A stretch of 64,000 bases of DNA from Hyalangium minutum (lineage in GTDB: Bacteria > Myxococcota > Myxococcia > Myxococcales > Myxococcaceae): positions 434,001-498,000 of the forward strand of contig NZ_JMCB01000005.1 of NCBI RefSeq assembly GCF_000737315.1, read 5' to 3'. Below the pieces are notes generated by a model. That model ran no database searches and was not told the origin of the DNA. It was given only the letters and a program-made list of their open reading frames with translations. Made by a program: the position numbers and the translations under genes. Positions 1 through 11,350 of the stretch are shown piece by piece (position 1 is the stretch's first letter; the number at the start of each line of letters is the position of its first letter).

Positions 1-159
1 CCGCGCGAGGGCGCGGTCGGTGTAGATGGCCTCGTGCGCACGATGGAAGCCTCCCACGCCGATGTGGGCGATGCCGGCGCGCACCTTGCTCCGGTCATAG
101 CCGGAGCGGATGACGGTGGAGGGCAGGCTCGAGAGGTGCGCCTGATCAAGGGTGTGCAT
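1..159 (-). CDS. mtlD: Mannitol dehydrogenase family protein, N-terminal part (runs off the window start)
   Basis: Manual translation from ATG at 159: MHTLDQAHLSSLPTTVIRSGYDRSKVRAGIAHIGVGGFHRAHEAIY; the GIxHIGVGGFHRAH motif is typical; follows the ABC ATPase. Confidence 0.85.
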   Translation of the reverse strand, partial: MHTLDQAHLSSLPSTVIRSGYDRSKVRAGIAHIGVGGFHRAHEAIYTDRALAR

Positions 160-174
160 GGAGCAGCGGAGTCC

Positions 175-1257
<1,083 letters not shown>

Positions 1258-1269
1258 GGACGTGTTCCG

Positions 1270-2103
<834 letters not shown>

Positions 2104-2115
2104 GGGGTGCGGTTC

Positions 2116-2997
2116 CTAGGCCTGGGTGAGGGATTTGCCAAACACGCGCAGCAGGAGGGCGGCGACCACGTTGGCGAGCACCACCGCCACGAGGCCGCCC
2201 GCGGACGCCGTGCCCACGTCGAACTCGAGCAGGGCCTGGGTGAAGACGAGGTAGGGCAGGTTGGTCGTCGAATCCCCCGGCCCGCCGCTGGTGGTGGTGA
2301 AGATCTCCGCGAAGATGTTGAGCAGGAAGATGGCCTCCACCATCACCACCACGGCGATGGGCCGCGCCAGGTGCGGCAGCGTGAGGTAGCGGAAGATGGA
2401 CAGCGGCGTGGCGCCGTCCATCTGCGCCGCCTCCTTCTGCTCCTGGTCCATGGACTGCAGGGACGTGACGAAGATGAGGATGGCGAACGGCAGCCACTCC
2501 CAGGTGACGATGATGATGACGGAGAGCAGCGGCCAGTCGGAGAACCAGTTGATGGGGGTGAGCCCCACCAGCTGGAACATCCACGCGAACAGGCCGGACA
2601 CCGGGTTCATCAACAGGTTCTTCCAGATGAGCGCGCTCACCGTGGGCATGATGAAGAACGGTGAGATGAGCAGCATGCGCACCACGCCCTGGCCCGGGAA
2701 CTTCGTGTCCACCAGCACGCTGATGAGCACGCCCAGCCCCACGGTGAGGGCCAGGACGCTGCCCACCAGCATCAGCGTGACGAGCAGGCTGTTCAGGAAG
2801 CTCGAGGAGGACAGGAAGTAGGTGTAGTTCTCCAGGCCCGCGAAGCCCCGGGTGTCCGGGTCGAGCAGCAGGTAGTTCTGCGTCGAGAAGTACACCGTCA
2901 TCGCCAGCGGGACGATCATCCACACGAACAGCAGGAAGATGGCTGGCGACGCCGTGAGGCGTCCGGCACGCCGGGATTCGCGAGCGGCTTCACTCAT
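2116..2997 (-). CDS. mtlF: Carbohydrate ABC transporter permease
   Basis: TM helices, EAAQMDGA loop, operon position. Confidence 0.88.
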   Translation of the reverse strand: MSEAARESRRAGRLTASPAIFLLFVWMIVPLAMTVYFSTQNYLLLDPDTRGFAGLENYTYFLSSSSFLNSLLVTLMLVGSVLALTVGLGVLISVLVDTKFPGQGVVRMLLISPFFIMPTVSALIWKNLLMNPVSGLFAWMFQLVGLTPINWFSDWPLLSVIIIVTWEWLPFAILIFVTSLQSMDQEQKEAAQMDGATPLSIFRYLTLPHLARPIAVVVMVEAIFLLNIFAEIFTTTSGGPGDSTTNLPYLVFTQALLEFDVGTASAGGLVAVVLANVVAALLLRVFGKSLTQA

Positions 2998-3042
2998 CTC
3001 GAGGGCTCCTGGGACGGCAAGAGAGACGGAGTGGGGACGGCG

Positions 3043-4368
3043 CTACTTCTTGGGGTAGCCCGCGCGCTTCATGGTGCGCTGCACCTGCTCGTTGAGGGAC
3101 TTGAGCTCCGCGTCCGCCTTGGAGGTGCCCGCCAGCACGCCGGAGAGGCTCTTGCCCACGAGCGTGCCGATGGCCTGGAACTCGGGGATGGTGACGAACT
3201 GCAGGCCGGTGTACGGCACGGGCTTGAGCGTGGGCGAGTCCGGGTTGGCCGTCTGGATGGCCTCCTGGGTGACCTTCGCGAAGGGCGTGCTCTTCATGTA
3301 CTCGGCGTTGGCGTACGTGGACAGGCGCGTGCCGGGGGGCATGGCGGAGATGCCGTACTTCTTGGCCACCAGCGTGCTGTACTCCTTGGACGTGGCCCAC
3401 TGGATGAAGTCGAAGGCGGCCTGCTGCTGCTTGGAGCTGGAGGGCACCGCGAGCGCCCACGTCCACAGCCAGGAGCTACCCTTGGGCGTCACCTCGCGCG
3501 GCGCCTTGACGAAGCCCACCTTGTCCGGCACCTGGCTCTGGGTCTTGTCGGTGATGAAGGCGCCCGCCACGCTGGCGTCCACCCACATGGCGCACTTGCC
3601 CGCGTTGAACAGCGTGAGGTTCTCGTTGAAGCCGTTGCTGCTCGGGCCCGGCGGGCCGAACTTGCTCAGCAGGTCCACGTAGAAGTTCACCGTCTGGCTC
3701 CACTCGGGCGAGGTGAGCTGGGGCTCCCACTTCTCGTCGAACCAGCGGCCGCCGAAGGCGTTCACCATGGTGGTGAGCAGCGCCATGTTCTCGCCCCAGC
3801 CCGCCTTGCCGCGCAGGCAGATGCCGTACACGTTCTTGGACGGGTCATGCAGCTTCTCCGCGAAGCCGCGGATCTGCGTCCACGTGGGCTCCTCGGGCAT
3901 CTTCAGCCCCTTCGCCGCGAAGAGATCCGTGCGGTAGAAGGTGATGGAGCCCTCGGAGTAGAAGGGCAGCGCGTAGAGCTTGTTGTCCACGGTGAGCTGC
4001 CGGCGCACGTTGGGCATGAGGTCGTCCACCTCATACGTGGGCGAGAACTTCTCGAGCGGCATGAGCCAGCTCTTGCGCCCCCACATGGGCGCCTCGTAGG
4101 CCCCGATGGTGACGACGTCGAACTGTCCACCGCCGGTGGAGATGTCCGTGGTGAGCCGCTGGCGCAGCGTGTTCTCATCGAGCACCACCCAGCGCAGCTC
4201 CACATCGGGGTGCTGCTCGGAATAGGTTTTTGACAGCGCTTGCATGCGGACCATGTCGCCGTTGTTGACGGTGCCAATGGTCAGCGTGGTGGCGGCCAGG
4301 GCACTTCCTGAACCGAGCAACATGCCCAAACCCATCAGGGCTGTGGGGACTGCGAGCAGCTTCTTCAT
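3043..4368 (-). CDS. mtlE: Sorbitol/mannitol-type ABC substrate-binding protein
   Basis: Signal peptide MKKLLAVP...ALA; TIGTVNNGDM, ENTLRQRLTTDISTGGGQFDV as in SmoE/MtlE; start moved to ATG 4368. Confidence 0.88.
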   Translation of the reverse strand: MKKLLAVPTALMGLGMLLGSGSALAATTLTIGTVNNGDMVRMQALSKTYSEQHPDVELRWVVLDENTLRQRLTTDISTGGGQFDVVTIGAYEAPMWGRKSWLMPLEKFSPTYEVDDLMPNVRRQLTVDNKLYALPFYSEGSITFYRTDLFAAKGLKMPEEPTWTQIRGFAEKLHDPSKNVYGICLRGKAGWGENMALLTTMVNAFGGRWFDEKWEPQLTSPEWSQTVNFYVDLLSKFGPPGPSSNGFNENLTLFNAGKCAMWVDASVAGAFITDKTQSQVPDKVGFVKAPREVTPKGSSWLWTWALAVPSSSKQQQAAFDFIQWATSKEYSTLVAKKYGISAMPPGTRLSTYANAEYMKSTPFAKVTQEAIQTANPDSPTLKPVPYTGLQFVTIPEFQAIGTLVGKSLSGVLAGTSKADAELKSLNEQVQRTMKRAGYPKK

Positions 4369-4424
4369 GGAGCGACTCCGGGGGGAAGGGGCCACGGCAC
4401 ACGCCAGCTGCGTGCCGGGCGGGT

Positions 4425-4439
4425 GAGAAAGCGCTTGCA
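4425..4439. promoter_or_regulatory. Candidate LacI-family operator (GAAAGCGCTTGC) upstream of the polyol operon
   Basis: Near-palindrome with AAGCGCTT core about 60 bp upstream of the mtlE ATG. Confidence 0.4.
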
Positions 4440-4529
4440 GCGCGAGGCGTACTGCTTTGCGCCCGGTCCATCAAACAAATCCCGGTGGCCCGCGTGATGA
4501 CGCGGCGCGGCGATAGCTCCTAAGCCGGA

Positions 4530-5705
4530 TTACCGCACGGGTCGGGGGATGGCTGAGCCCGCGACGGTGCGTGCTTCCTCCACCCAGCGGCCCTGGAGGC
4601 GGGCCTCGGAGGCCAGCGCCTCCTGCCACGAGGGCCCATCCGGCAACAGGCGCTGCGCGTGGGACAGCGCGAGCCGCTCCAGCGCGCGCTCCTCGCACAG
4701 CCGCCGCAGGCCCGGTCCGTCCAGCCCGCACGCCACCAGGAAGGCTTCCCTCGCCGCAGGCCGGATCGGGTGGCGCCGCCACCACTCTGCCTCCGCGCCC
4801 TGTATCTCCTCCTCGGTAGGAACCAGCCCCATCGAGCGAGCCCATCCCGCCAGTAAGGCCCGGCGCAGCCCCGCCTCGGCCAGCTCTACGCTGTCCGGCG
4901 CCCGCTCCAGCGCGGCCAACACCTGGGAAGAAGGCACTGCTTGGCCTGAGATGACAGACACGTCATCGGCCAGCCTCCGGCGCCTCACGAGCGAGGAGGG
5001 CGATGGCCGGGAGGCACCTCGCGGCGGGTGCACAGGCGCTCCCGACCCCAGGAATGCCGCCGCCGCACGGATGCAGGCCTGCGCATCCAAGCGCTTGAGG
5101 TCCTCCACGCCTCGCGAGAACCATCCTTCCCAACCGGCTCGTGCCGCCGCGGTCCACTTGGGAGTCACGGCCTCCAGGAGCCGAGGCCAGCTGCGCTCTT
5201 GGTAGAAGATTCCCGCTGCCGCCGTCACCAGTGCCTGGGCTTGCTTCGGCTTGAGGACTCGCGCCGCTCGCGCCTGGGCAGCCACGTGACGGACATTGAC
5301 CAGCGGCACGGTGAGCGGCTGATACCCAAACTCCGCATCCACGTGCAGCAGCGCCACCTCCGAGTCATCCACCAGCACTCCGTCCCGGTACCACTCGAAG
5401 ATCTGTCCCACGCCCACCATGCCGTGAGCGGACAGCTCCGCAGCGCGCAGCGCTCCCATGCTCGCACCGCCGAAGACGGCCACACCTGCATCCATCGCGG
5501 CGAGCAGCTCGTGGTGCCACACGGAGGGCTGCGCCTCGAACAGTCCATCCACCAGCGCGATGGCCCGGGGCCGCAGCGCGAGCGCCCGCCACACATCTCC
5601 CTGGCGAGCCGGTGGCAGCACGCGGCAGGAGGCCAGCCGGTGCGCCTCGTCCGCGGGCAGCGACGGACCCAGGAAGACGACGAGATCCTCGGGACGGCGT
5701 TTCAT
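4530..5705 (-). CDS. tfuA: TfuA-like protein
   Basis: From ATG 5705: VVFLGPSL, PPARQGDV, ALVDGLF, VWHHELL, GGASMGALRAAEL, DDSEVAL; overlaps the YcaO stop. Confidence 0.9.
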   Translation of the reverse strand: MKRRPEDLVVFLGPSLPADEAHRLASCRVLPPARQGDVWRALALRPRAIALVDGLFEAQPSVWHHELLAAMDAGVAVFGGASMGALRAAELSAHGMVGVGQIFEWYRDGVLVDDSEVALLHVDAEFGYQPLTVPLVNVRHVAAQARAARVLKPKQAQALVTAAAGIFYQERSWPRLLEAVTPKWTAAARAGWEGWFSRGVEDLKRLDAQACIRAAAAFLGSGAPVHPPRGASRPSPSSLVRRRRLADDVSVISGQAVPSSQVLAALERAPDSVELAEAGLRRALLAGWARSMGLVPTEEEIQGAEAEWWRRHPIRPAAREAFLVACGLDGPGLRRLCEERALERLALSHAQRLLPDGPSWQEALASEARLQGRWVEEARTVAGSAIPRPVR

Positions 5706-6868
5706 AGGAGCTCCGAGATGCCCATGCCCGGCACCACCACGCGTTGGACATGCAGGCCCGGGAGAGGTGCTTCGAGCGAGACGGCGGCAGCCCGCGTAAA
5801 GCCCGCTCGCCGGAGCTGGTTCAGCACGCGGCGCACCCCTCGCTCGGGGGATGCACTGTCTCGAGAGAAGTCTGGCATGTCCTGGGGCTGGCGCTTGGGG
5901 CGCACCGATGCGCAGACCGTCGCAAAGTCCCGTGCGGCGCTGTGGTCCGCCGCGGCGACATCCTCCCGCGCGCCGTGAATGTCCGTGAGCCGGGATTGGG
6001 CCGCTTCCAGCAAGGCTCGCAGCAGCGCGTCGTCTCTCCCGAGTGCGCAGGCGTACCCCGCGGTGAGTGGCACGGGCCCTTGTTGCTGGTCCACCAGCAC
6101 CGCCGCGGCCACGGGCAAGCCCACCGCTCCCGTGTTTCGTGAAGGAGGCGTGACATCGAAGAGGTACACACCGAACCCCCGCTCCCACAGTGTTCGCGCC
6201 AGCGCCGCGGTCTGGGGCGCCCCGCGATCGAGTCCGCTGGGGCTCAGCATGCGTCGCAGGACCGCCTCCTCCGTCCAGCCACCCGGCAGGGTACGGGCGA
6301 GCTGATCCCGCTCCGTCGCTTCCAGCAGGGCGTGGAGCAGTGCGCGCCTCGCATCGGGGTGTGCCCCGGAGCCGTTGCTCGTCCAGGCCACGCTGATGGG
6401 GCCCAGCTCTCCCTCGGCCGCGGGCGGGCAATATACGCCCTGGGCTGGGACCCACACGGGACGTCCCGTGTGCAGCTCCTCGGCTTGTCGCCAGGCACAG
6501 CGCACCGAGTCCGCCCACAGCCGGGGATCCACCCCCCTCCCTGCAGAGCCCAGGGCGTTGGCGCTCCAGGCGTCTCCGTCACGGGCCTCCAGCTCGGCCC
6601 GAGTGCTCCAGGTCAGCTGTCCGGAGGGGACGTGCTCCGCCGACCACAGCTCCGCCGTCTCGAAGAGTGCCCCCAGCGCGGCGCTCTCAAAGGTGAGCCC
6701 CTTGCCGTTGCAGACCTGGAGCACGTGCCCGCCCGGGCGCACGGCGCAAGCCACTTCCACCCCCGTGCGGTCCAGTCCCGTGATCCGGGCCACACGCGTG
6801 ACACCCAGGGCCTCGGCCAGCCGGGCTTGAAATACCTGTGAGGTGGCGACGTGTCGGGGAGCGGGCAC
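5702..6868 (-). CDS. ycaO: YcaO-family protein (TfuA-associated, thioamide-forming type)
   Basis: GVTRVARITGLDRTG, NGKGLT, TSNGSGA, LLEATERD, ALLEAAQSRLT..GAREDV. Confidence 0.9.
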   Translation of the reverse strand: MPAPRHVATSQVFQARLAEALGVTRVARITGLDRTGVEVACAVRPGGHVLQVCNGKGLTFESAALGALFETAELWSAEHVPSGQLTWSTRAELEARDGDAWSANALGSAGRGVDPRLWADSVRCAWRQAEELHTGRPVWVPAQGVYCPPAAEGELGPISVAWTSNGSGAHPDARRALLHALLEATERDQLARTLPGGWTEEAVLRRMLSPSGLDRGAPQTAALARTLWERGFGVYLFDVTPPSRNTGAVGLPVAAAVLVDQQQGPVPLTAGYACALGRDDALLRALLEAAQSRLTDIHGAREDVAAADHSAARDFATVCASVRPKRQPQDMPDFSRDSASPERGVRRVLNQLRRAGFTRAAAVSLEAPLPGLHVQRVVVPGMGISELL

Positions 6869-6932
6869 GGCGCGCAGCTTTAACCCAAAAACCGAGGACT
6901 CAGGTCAGCGATCCTCGGTGCCGAAGCGGGGG

Positions 6933-7811
6933 TCAGCGTCGTCCTGCCGACAGCAGCGCTTGAAGGATCTCCTCGGCATGGGTCCACAGCAGGGAGCCTC
7001 CGGCATCGGGGAGCAGATGCCTGCGCGCGGTGGGGATGCGGCGGGACAGCAGCGCCGCATGGTCGGGCGAGTGCACGGTGCTGGTGTCGTGCTCGCCGTA
7101 CCAGAGGTCGACGGGAACCTGGATGCGGGAGAGCTCGAACGGCCAGCGGCCGAAGGCCAGGGTGAGGTCCCGAGCGTATCCCGTGGATCCCTGGGAGAAG
7201 CCTTCCCCGAGTGCCCGTCTGAGGGCGGCCTCGAAGGCGGGTGCGGTGTACACGGCACGGTCGACGCTGGAGCTCGTTCCCGTGATCAGGTTCCACATCA
7301 TGTCCACGGTCGCCATTCGGGCGAACGAGGCCTCGAACCCCTTCGGATCCGCGGCGACGGTCCCCAGCAGTCCCACGACATTGGGGTGCAGCAGGGGCGA
7401 GAGGGTGGGCTCATGGAGATCGTCCTGCCCCGACACCACCGCCACGGCCTCCGGGAGACCGGCTGCCGCGCACGCCAGCGCGAAGGGCGCTCCTTGGGAG
7501 AAGCCCACGATTCTGAAGCCCGGCAACGCCAGAGCCTGGGCCAAGTGCCGGATGTCAGCCACCCAGTCGTTCAGCGTTCGCTCCGGAAAAGGATCGGAGG
7601 CTCCCAGGCCTGGACGATCCACCGCGATGAGCCGCACCCGCTGCTTGCCGAGGATGTCCGCACCAAAGCCCAGGCTCCTCCCCATGGCCGCACCGGAGAA
7701 GAACAGGACGGGGACGCCGTCCTCGGGACCCCACTGGGCCCATCCCAATCCCCTGCCATCGGGCAGCCGGGCTGTTCCGAGGCGCTCGGGTTCTTTGACG
7801 CCATAGATCAT
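6933..7811 (-). CDS. Alpha/beta hydrolase
   Basis: DRPGLGASD, nucleophile elbow GFSQG, VDLWYGEHD. Confidence 0.85.
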   Translation of the reverse strand: MIYGVKEPERLGTARLPDGRGLGWAQWGPEDGVPVLFFSGAAMGRSLGFGADILGKQRVRLIAVDRPGLGASDPFPERTLNDWVADIRHLAQALALPGFRIVGFSQGAPFALACAAAGLPEAVAVVSGQDDLHEPTLSPLLHPNVVGLLGTVAADPKGFEASFARMATVDMMWNLITGTSSSVDRAVYTAPAFEAALRRALGEGFSQGSTGYARDLTLAFGRWPFELSRIQVPVDLWYGEHDTSTVHSPDHAALLSRRIPTARRHLLPDAGGSLLWTHAEEILQALLSAGRR

Positions 7812-7963
7812 AGGACGGGCAGCATAGCGGCCGGTTTGCTCCGAGTCCCAGTTCGCTCACCCGTGCGGGCTGTTGGTTGGCTGACGCCAACGCTTGCTTG
7901 CTCTGTTGCATCCGGAATGGTGACGCCGCACCTCTGTGCACGGGTGGTCTCGCGGGGGCGCGC

Positions 7964-8845
7964 ATGGGCAAGGCGTGGGTGTGGGGGTTGGTGTTGTTCG
8001 CCGTGGGTTGTTCCTCCCCACAGTCTCAGCCATCCGAGGAGCCGCCGCCGCAGGAGCCGCCGCCGGCCGAGCTCCCTCAGCTGTCCGTGGATCCCTACCG
8101 CGCGCTGGTGGTGGTCGATGCGTCCGTCGTCCTGGATGCTCGGGCCTCCAATGCAGCCAACGGTCCGTGGAGCTTCCGGTGGCTCATGGAGCAACTCGCG
8201 GGCGATGAGGCTCGGGCGCCCCAGTTCGTGGAGGCCTGGCTGCGCTCACTGCGCACCTCGTCGCTGAATGGCTTTGCGCTCGAGGACCGGCGAGGCGTGG
8301 AGGTGCTCCTGGGCACGGGTCCCGGTGCATGGCCCCGTACCTCCACGGGAGCGCTGGACCTCTCCCGCGCGCCATTCCGGCTCCTGGCCATCGTGAATCG
8401 CATGGACGTCATCAGCTCCGCCTCCTCGAACGGCGAGGGCCGGTTCGTCTTCGGCTTCGTCGATCCCGCCACCGGGGAGCCGGGCCGGATGACCGTTGCC
8501 TTCGAGTTCCGGCTGCCGCCGCTCGGGACCTCGGATGACCGCAAGGCCTGGGCCCAGCGGTGGTTCGATGCCGCGCAGCAGCCCTGGGGCGAGGCGTACA
8601 ACCGGGCCCTCGAAGAGTTGACGCGCGGTTTCTCCGCGAGAGGCGTGGACCCGAACGGCGCGGGCGGCAGTGCCCTCTCGCAGCTGCGGATGAACGAGGC
8701 GGCGTTCGGTGAGCTCTGGGAGCTGCGCGAGTGGCAGCTGGAGGCCGGGCCCGGAGGCACATTCCTGCGCCTGTCTCCACTCCCGCAGACGCCTGATGGC
8801 GCCATGCACACCTCCAGAGACAAAGTGACCGCAGCGCCCCTGTAG
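7964..8845 (+). CDS. Hypothetical lipoprotein, probably C-terminally truncated
   Basis: Lipobox FAVGC after ATG 7964; APFRLLAIVNRMD/GEGRFVF motifs; ends abruptly after TPD. Confidence 0.6.
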   Translation: MGKAWVWGLVLFAVGCSSPQSQPSEEPPPQEPPPAELPQLSVDPYRALVVVDASVVLDARASNAANGPWSFRWLMEQLAGDEARAPQFVEAWLRSLRTSSLNGFALEDRRGVEVLLGTGPGAWPRTSTGALDLSRAPFRLLAIVNRMDVISSASSNGEGRFVFGFVDPATGEPGRMTVAFEFRLPPLGTSDDRKAWAQRWFDAAQQPWGEAYNRALEELTRGFSARGVDPNGAGGSALSQLRMNEAAFGELWELREWQLEAGPGGTFLRLSPLPQTPDGAMHTSRDKVTAAPL

Positions 8846-9002
8846 GCGTTATCGACTGGGCAGCAGCGGCGGACGCTGCTTTTCTCTCTGTCATGTATTT
8901 CAAGGAGTCCCTCACCCGTACGAGGTGCGGTGCCTACCGTCGTTCCCGCCCAGTTGGGCGCCTCCTCCCTCCCCGAGGAGGCAGCCATACAGGAGGAACT
9001 TC

Positions 9003-10304
9003 GTGAAGAGTCTGTTCAAAGGTGGGTGGGTGGCGGCCGCGTTGGTGGCGTCAGCATGTGGTGCACCCGAGACGGCGGGCTCGGGCGCAAGCAAGGGTCA
9101 GCCGGAGTCCCAGCGGCTTGCCTACTACGATGAGTTGGATCTGACGCCTCCGGTGACGGTGGCGGATGTCTCCCCTGCGCCGGACGCGAGCGGCGAGTAC
9201 CACGGCCAGGTCACCATCACGCTCCGCGCGACGGATGAGTTCAGCGGCGTGGCGAGCATCACCTATGTGCTCAACGGCGCGACGGTCGGCGGGGGCACGG
9301 TCGGGGGCAATGCCGTCGTCCTTCCGCCTCTCACCGTTTCCGGCATCACGACCGTTACCTTCTACGCGGTCGATATCGCCGGGAACATTGAGTCCTCGCA
9401 CGGCATCGATATCAACATCGTCGTGGGAGAGGAGCCTTCTCCTGAGCCGGAACCTGGTCCCGAGCCGACGCCCGAGCCGGAGCCTGGCCCCGAGCCCACG
9501 CCGGAGCCTGGGCCCTGCGTGCAGCTCGATCTGAATGACTACAACGTCTTCCTGCTCGGCAACTACACCGGTGGCACCGACGTGCGCGGCAAGGTGGCGG
9601 CCGGCGGCAACATCGACATGCAGTACTTCTCCGTTGGGGCGGGCCTGGAGGCCAGCGACATCCACAACGTGCTGGTGGCGGGCGGCAACCTGAGCCTCCG
9701 TTCTGGTGGCATCTTCGGCAACACGTCTCACGGGGGCACCGTCTCCGCGGACGGCACGGTGACGATCTACCGAGGCGCGCTGTCGCAGGGCACGCCCATC
9801 AACTTCTCCGCCGAGGGCACCGCGCTGACGCAGCTGTCCGCCACCCTCAACGCGCAGGCGGCCAACGGGACGGTGCGGCTCGAGACCTGGGGCGGCCTCT
9901 TCCTGGAGGGCACGAACCCGGTGCTCAACGTCTTCAGCGTGAACGCCAGCGCCTTCGCCACGACGAAGTACCTGTCCATCAGCGCTCCCGCGTCGTCCCT
10001 GGTGGTGGTGAACGTGGTGGGCGCGTCGGCGACGTTCTCCGGGTTCAGCACGAACTTCGGTGGTGGCATCGACCAGACGGGCGTCCTCTTCAACTTCGTG
10101 AACGCCACGAGCATCACCCTCGCCAACCACGGCTTCTTCGGGACGATCCTGGCTCCGTCGGCGCACATCCACTTCAGCAACGGCAGCTTCGATGGCGGCA
10201 TCTACGCAGGCTCGATGTCGGGCAACGCCGAGGGGCACATCAACCCGCTGAGGGAGATCGACCTCTGCTCGAGCGAGCCGGAGCCGGAGCCGGGGCCGAA
10301 CTGA
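9003..10304 (+). CDS. Lipoprotein with Ig-like domain, PE-rich linker and choice-of-anchor A domain
   Basis: AGGAGG RBS then GTG 9003; lipobox ASAC; YNVFLLG..TDVRGKVAAGGN; GTILAPSA; PEPEPG repeats. Confidence 0.75.
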   Translation: MKSLFKGGWVAAALVASACGAPETAGSGASKGQPESQRLAYYDELDLTPPVTVADVSPAPDASGEYHGQVTITLRATDEFSGVASITYVLNGATVGGGTVGGNAVVLPPLTVSGITTVTFYAVDIAGNIESSHGIDINIVVGEEPSPEPEPGPEPTPEPEPGPEPTPEPGPCVQLDLNDYNVFLLGNYTGGTDVRGKVAAGGNIDMQYFSVGAGLEASDIHNVLVAGGNLSLRSGGIFGNTSHGGTVSADGTVTIYRGALSQGTPINFSAEGTALTQLSATLNAQAANGTVRLETWGGLFLEGTNPVLNVFSVNASAFATTKYLSISAPASSLVVVNVVGASATFSGFSTNFGGGIDQTGVLFNFVNATSITLANHGFFGTILAPSAHIHFSNGSFDGGIYAGSMSGNAEGHINPLREIDLCSSEPEPEPGPN

Positions 10305-10327
10305 GCTTCAGGGATGAGGGATGAACG

Positions 10328-10370
10328 AGCGGCGGAGGCCCAGGAAGTCAGGGGCTTCCGCCGCTTTCAT
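10328..10370 (+). terminator. Rho-independent terminator
   Basis: 14-bp stem agcggcggaggccc/gggcttccgccgct (one G-T pair) followed by TTCATT. Confidence 0.7.
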
Positions 10371-10483
10371 TCCTGAAAAACAGGTAAAAACGACCTATCG
10401 TTTAATTTCTTGTTTCTAAGAAACTAATAAAAGCCCAGCGCGAGAATGGGAGCCGTAGTGCTTCCTCTTTCCCCTGGAGCGAG

Positions 10484-11350
10484 ATGAGAAAGTCATTCCT
10501 GGCCGTCGCGACGTTGACGCTGGTTGCCACCAGCGCCACGGCGGCGGAGCGCATGCACCCCGCGGATCGGCGCCGTGTCGAGAAGGCGCGTGAGCGAATC
10601 GTGCCGGCTGTCGAGAAGGAGTTCGGGCCCAAGGCCCGGTTTGTCCACCTGTTTGGCCAGGGCCGCGGAATGCTGGCGGGGGTCGTCGCCGAGATTCCGG
10701 AGCAGCCGCTGGGAACGGACGAGCTGCCGCTGCTGGCCATCGTTCAGTACGACGAGACGACGGGCGCGGTGAGCGTGGTGGATCGCCAGTTCAAGTACCG
10801 CGAGGCCCGCTCGGTGGGCCCCCATGTGGCGCTGCTCGACGGGCAGGGAAACCTGTACCTGCGCGAGCCCGGTGGCCGCGAGCGGTTGTTGGCCCAGCGA
10901 GTGGGGGGCGACCTGTTCCCGGCAGCCAAGGGCGACGCCCTGGTGGCCACGCTGGAGAGCAGCGGCACCGAGGGCCACGAGACGTCCGTGGGCCTCATCG
11001 ACATGAAGGGCCACGTGAAGGTGCTGGCGGATGGGCCCGGGGTGGATGCGGCGCCTGCCATCTCTCCAGATGGAAAGACGGTGGTCTTCGTGTCCGGCCG
11101 TACGAGCGTGGCCTCGTTCTACGTGACGACGGTGGACGGCGCGGCGCCGAAGCAGCTCACCAATATTGGCCTGGAGGGCTGGATGCTGTTCGAGGGCGTT
11201 CCGGCGAACTTCGTGCCTCCGCCCGTCTCCAGCCACCACATGGAGTGGCTGAACGCGGACGTGCTTCGCTACAACGCGGGCGGCGGCGAGTTCTGGACGA
11301 TCAACGTGCGCACGGGCCAGGCGGCCCCGGATCTGGGAGGTGAGAAGTGA
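10484..11350 (+). CDS. Secreted protein with TolB/PD40-like repeat
   Basis: Signal peptide; PAISPDGKTVVFVSGR. Confidence 0.65.
   Translation: MRKSFLAVATLTLVATSATAAERMHPADRRRVEKARERIVPAVEKEFGPKARFVHLFGQGRGMLAGVVAEIPEQPLGTDELPLLAIVQYDETTGAVSVVDRQFKYREARSVGPHVALLDGQGNLYLREPGGRERLLAQRVGGDLFPAAKGDALVATLESSGTEGHETSVGLIDMKGHVKVLADGPGVDAAPAISPDGKTVVFVSGRTSVASFYVTTVDGAAPKQLTNIGLEGWMLFEGVPANFVPPPVSSHHMEWLNADVLRYNAGGGEFWTINVRTGQAAPDLGGEK

Noticed and set aside
4530-6868. YcaO-TfuA acting on the Cys-rich precursor
   Set aside because: About 23 kb from the cluster and 29 kb from the precursor, in a separate operon with no RRE; nothing links them.
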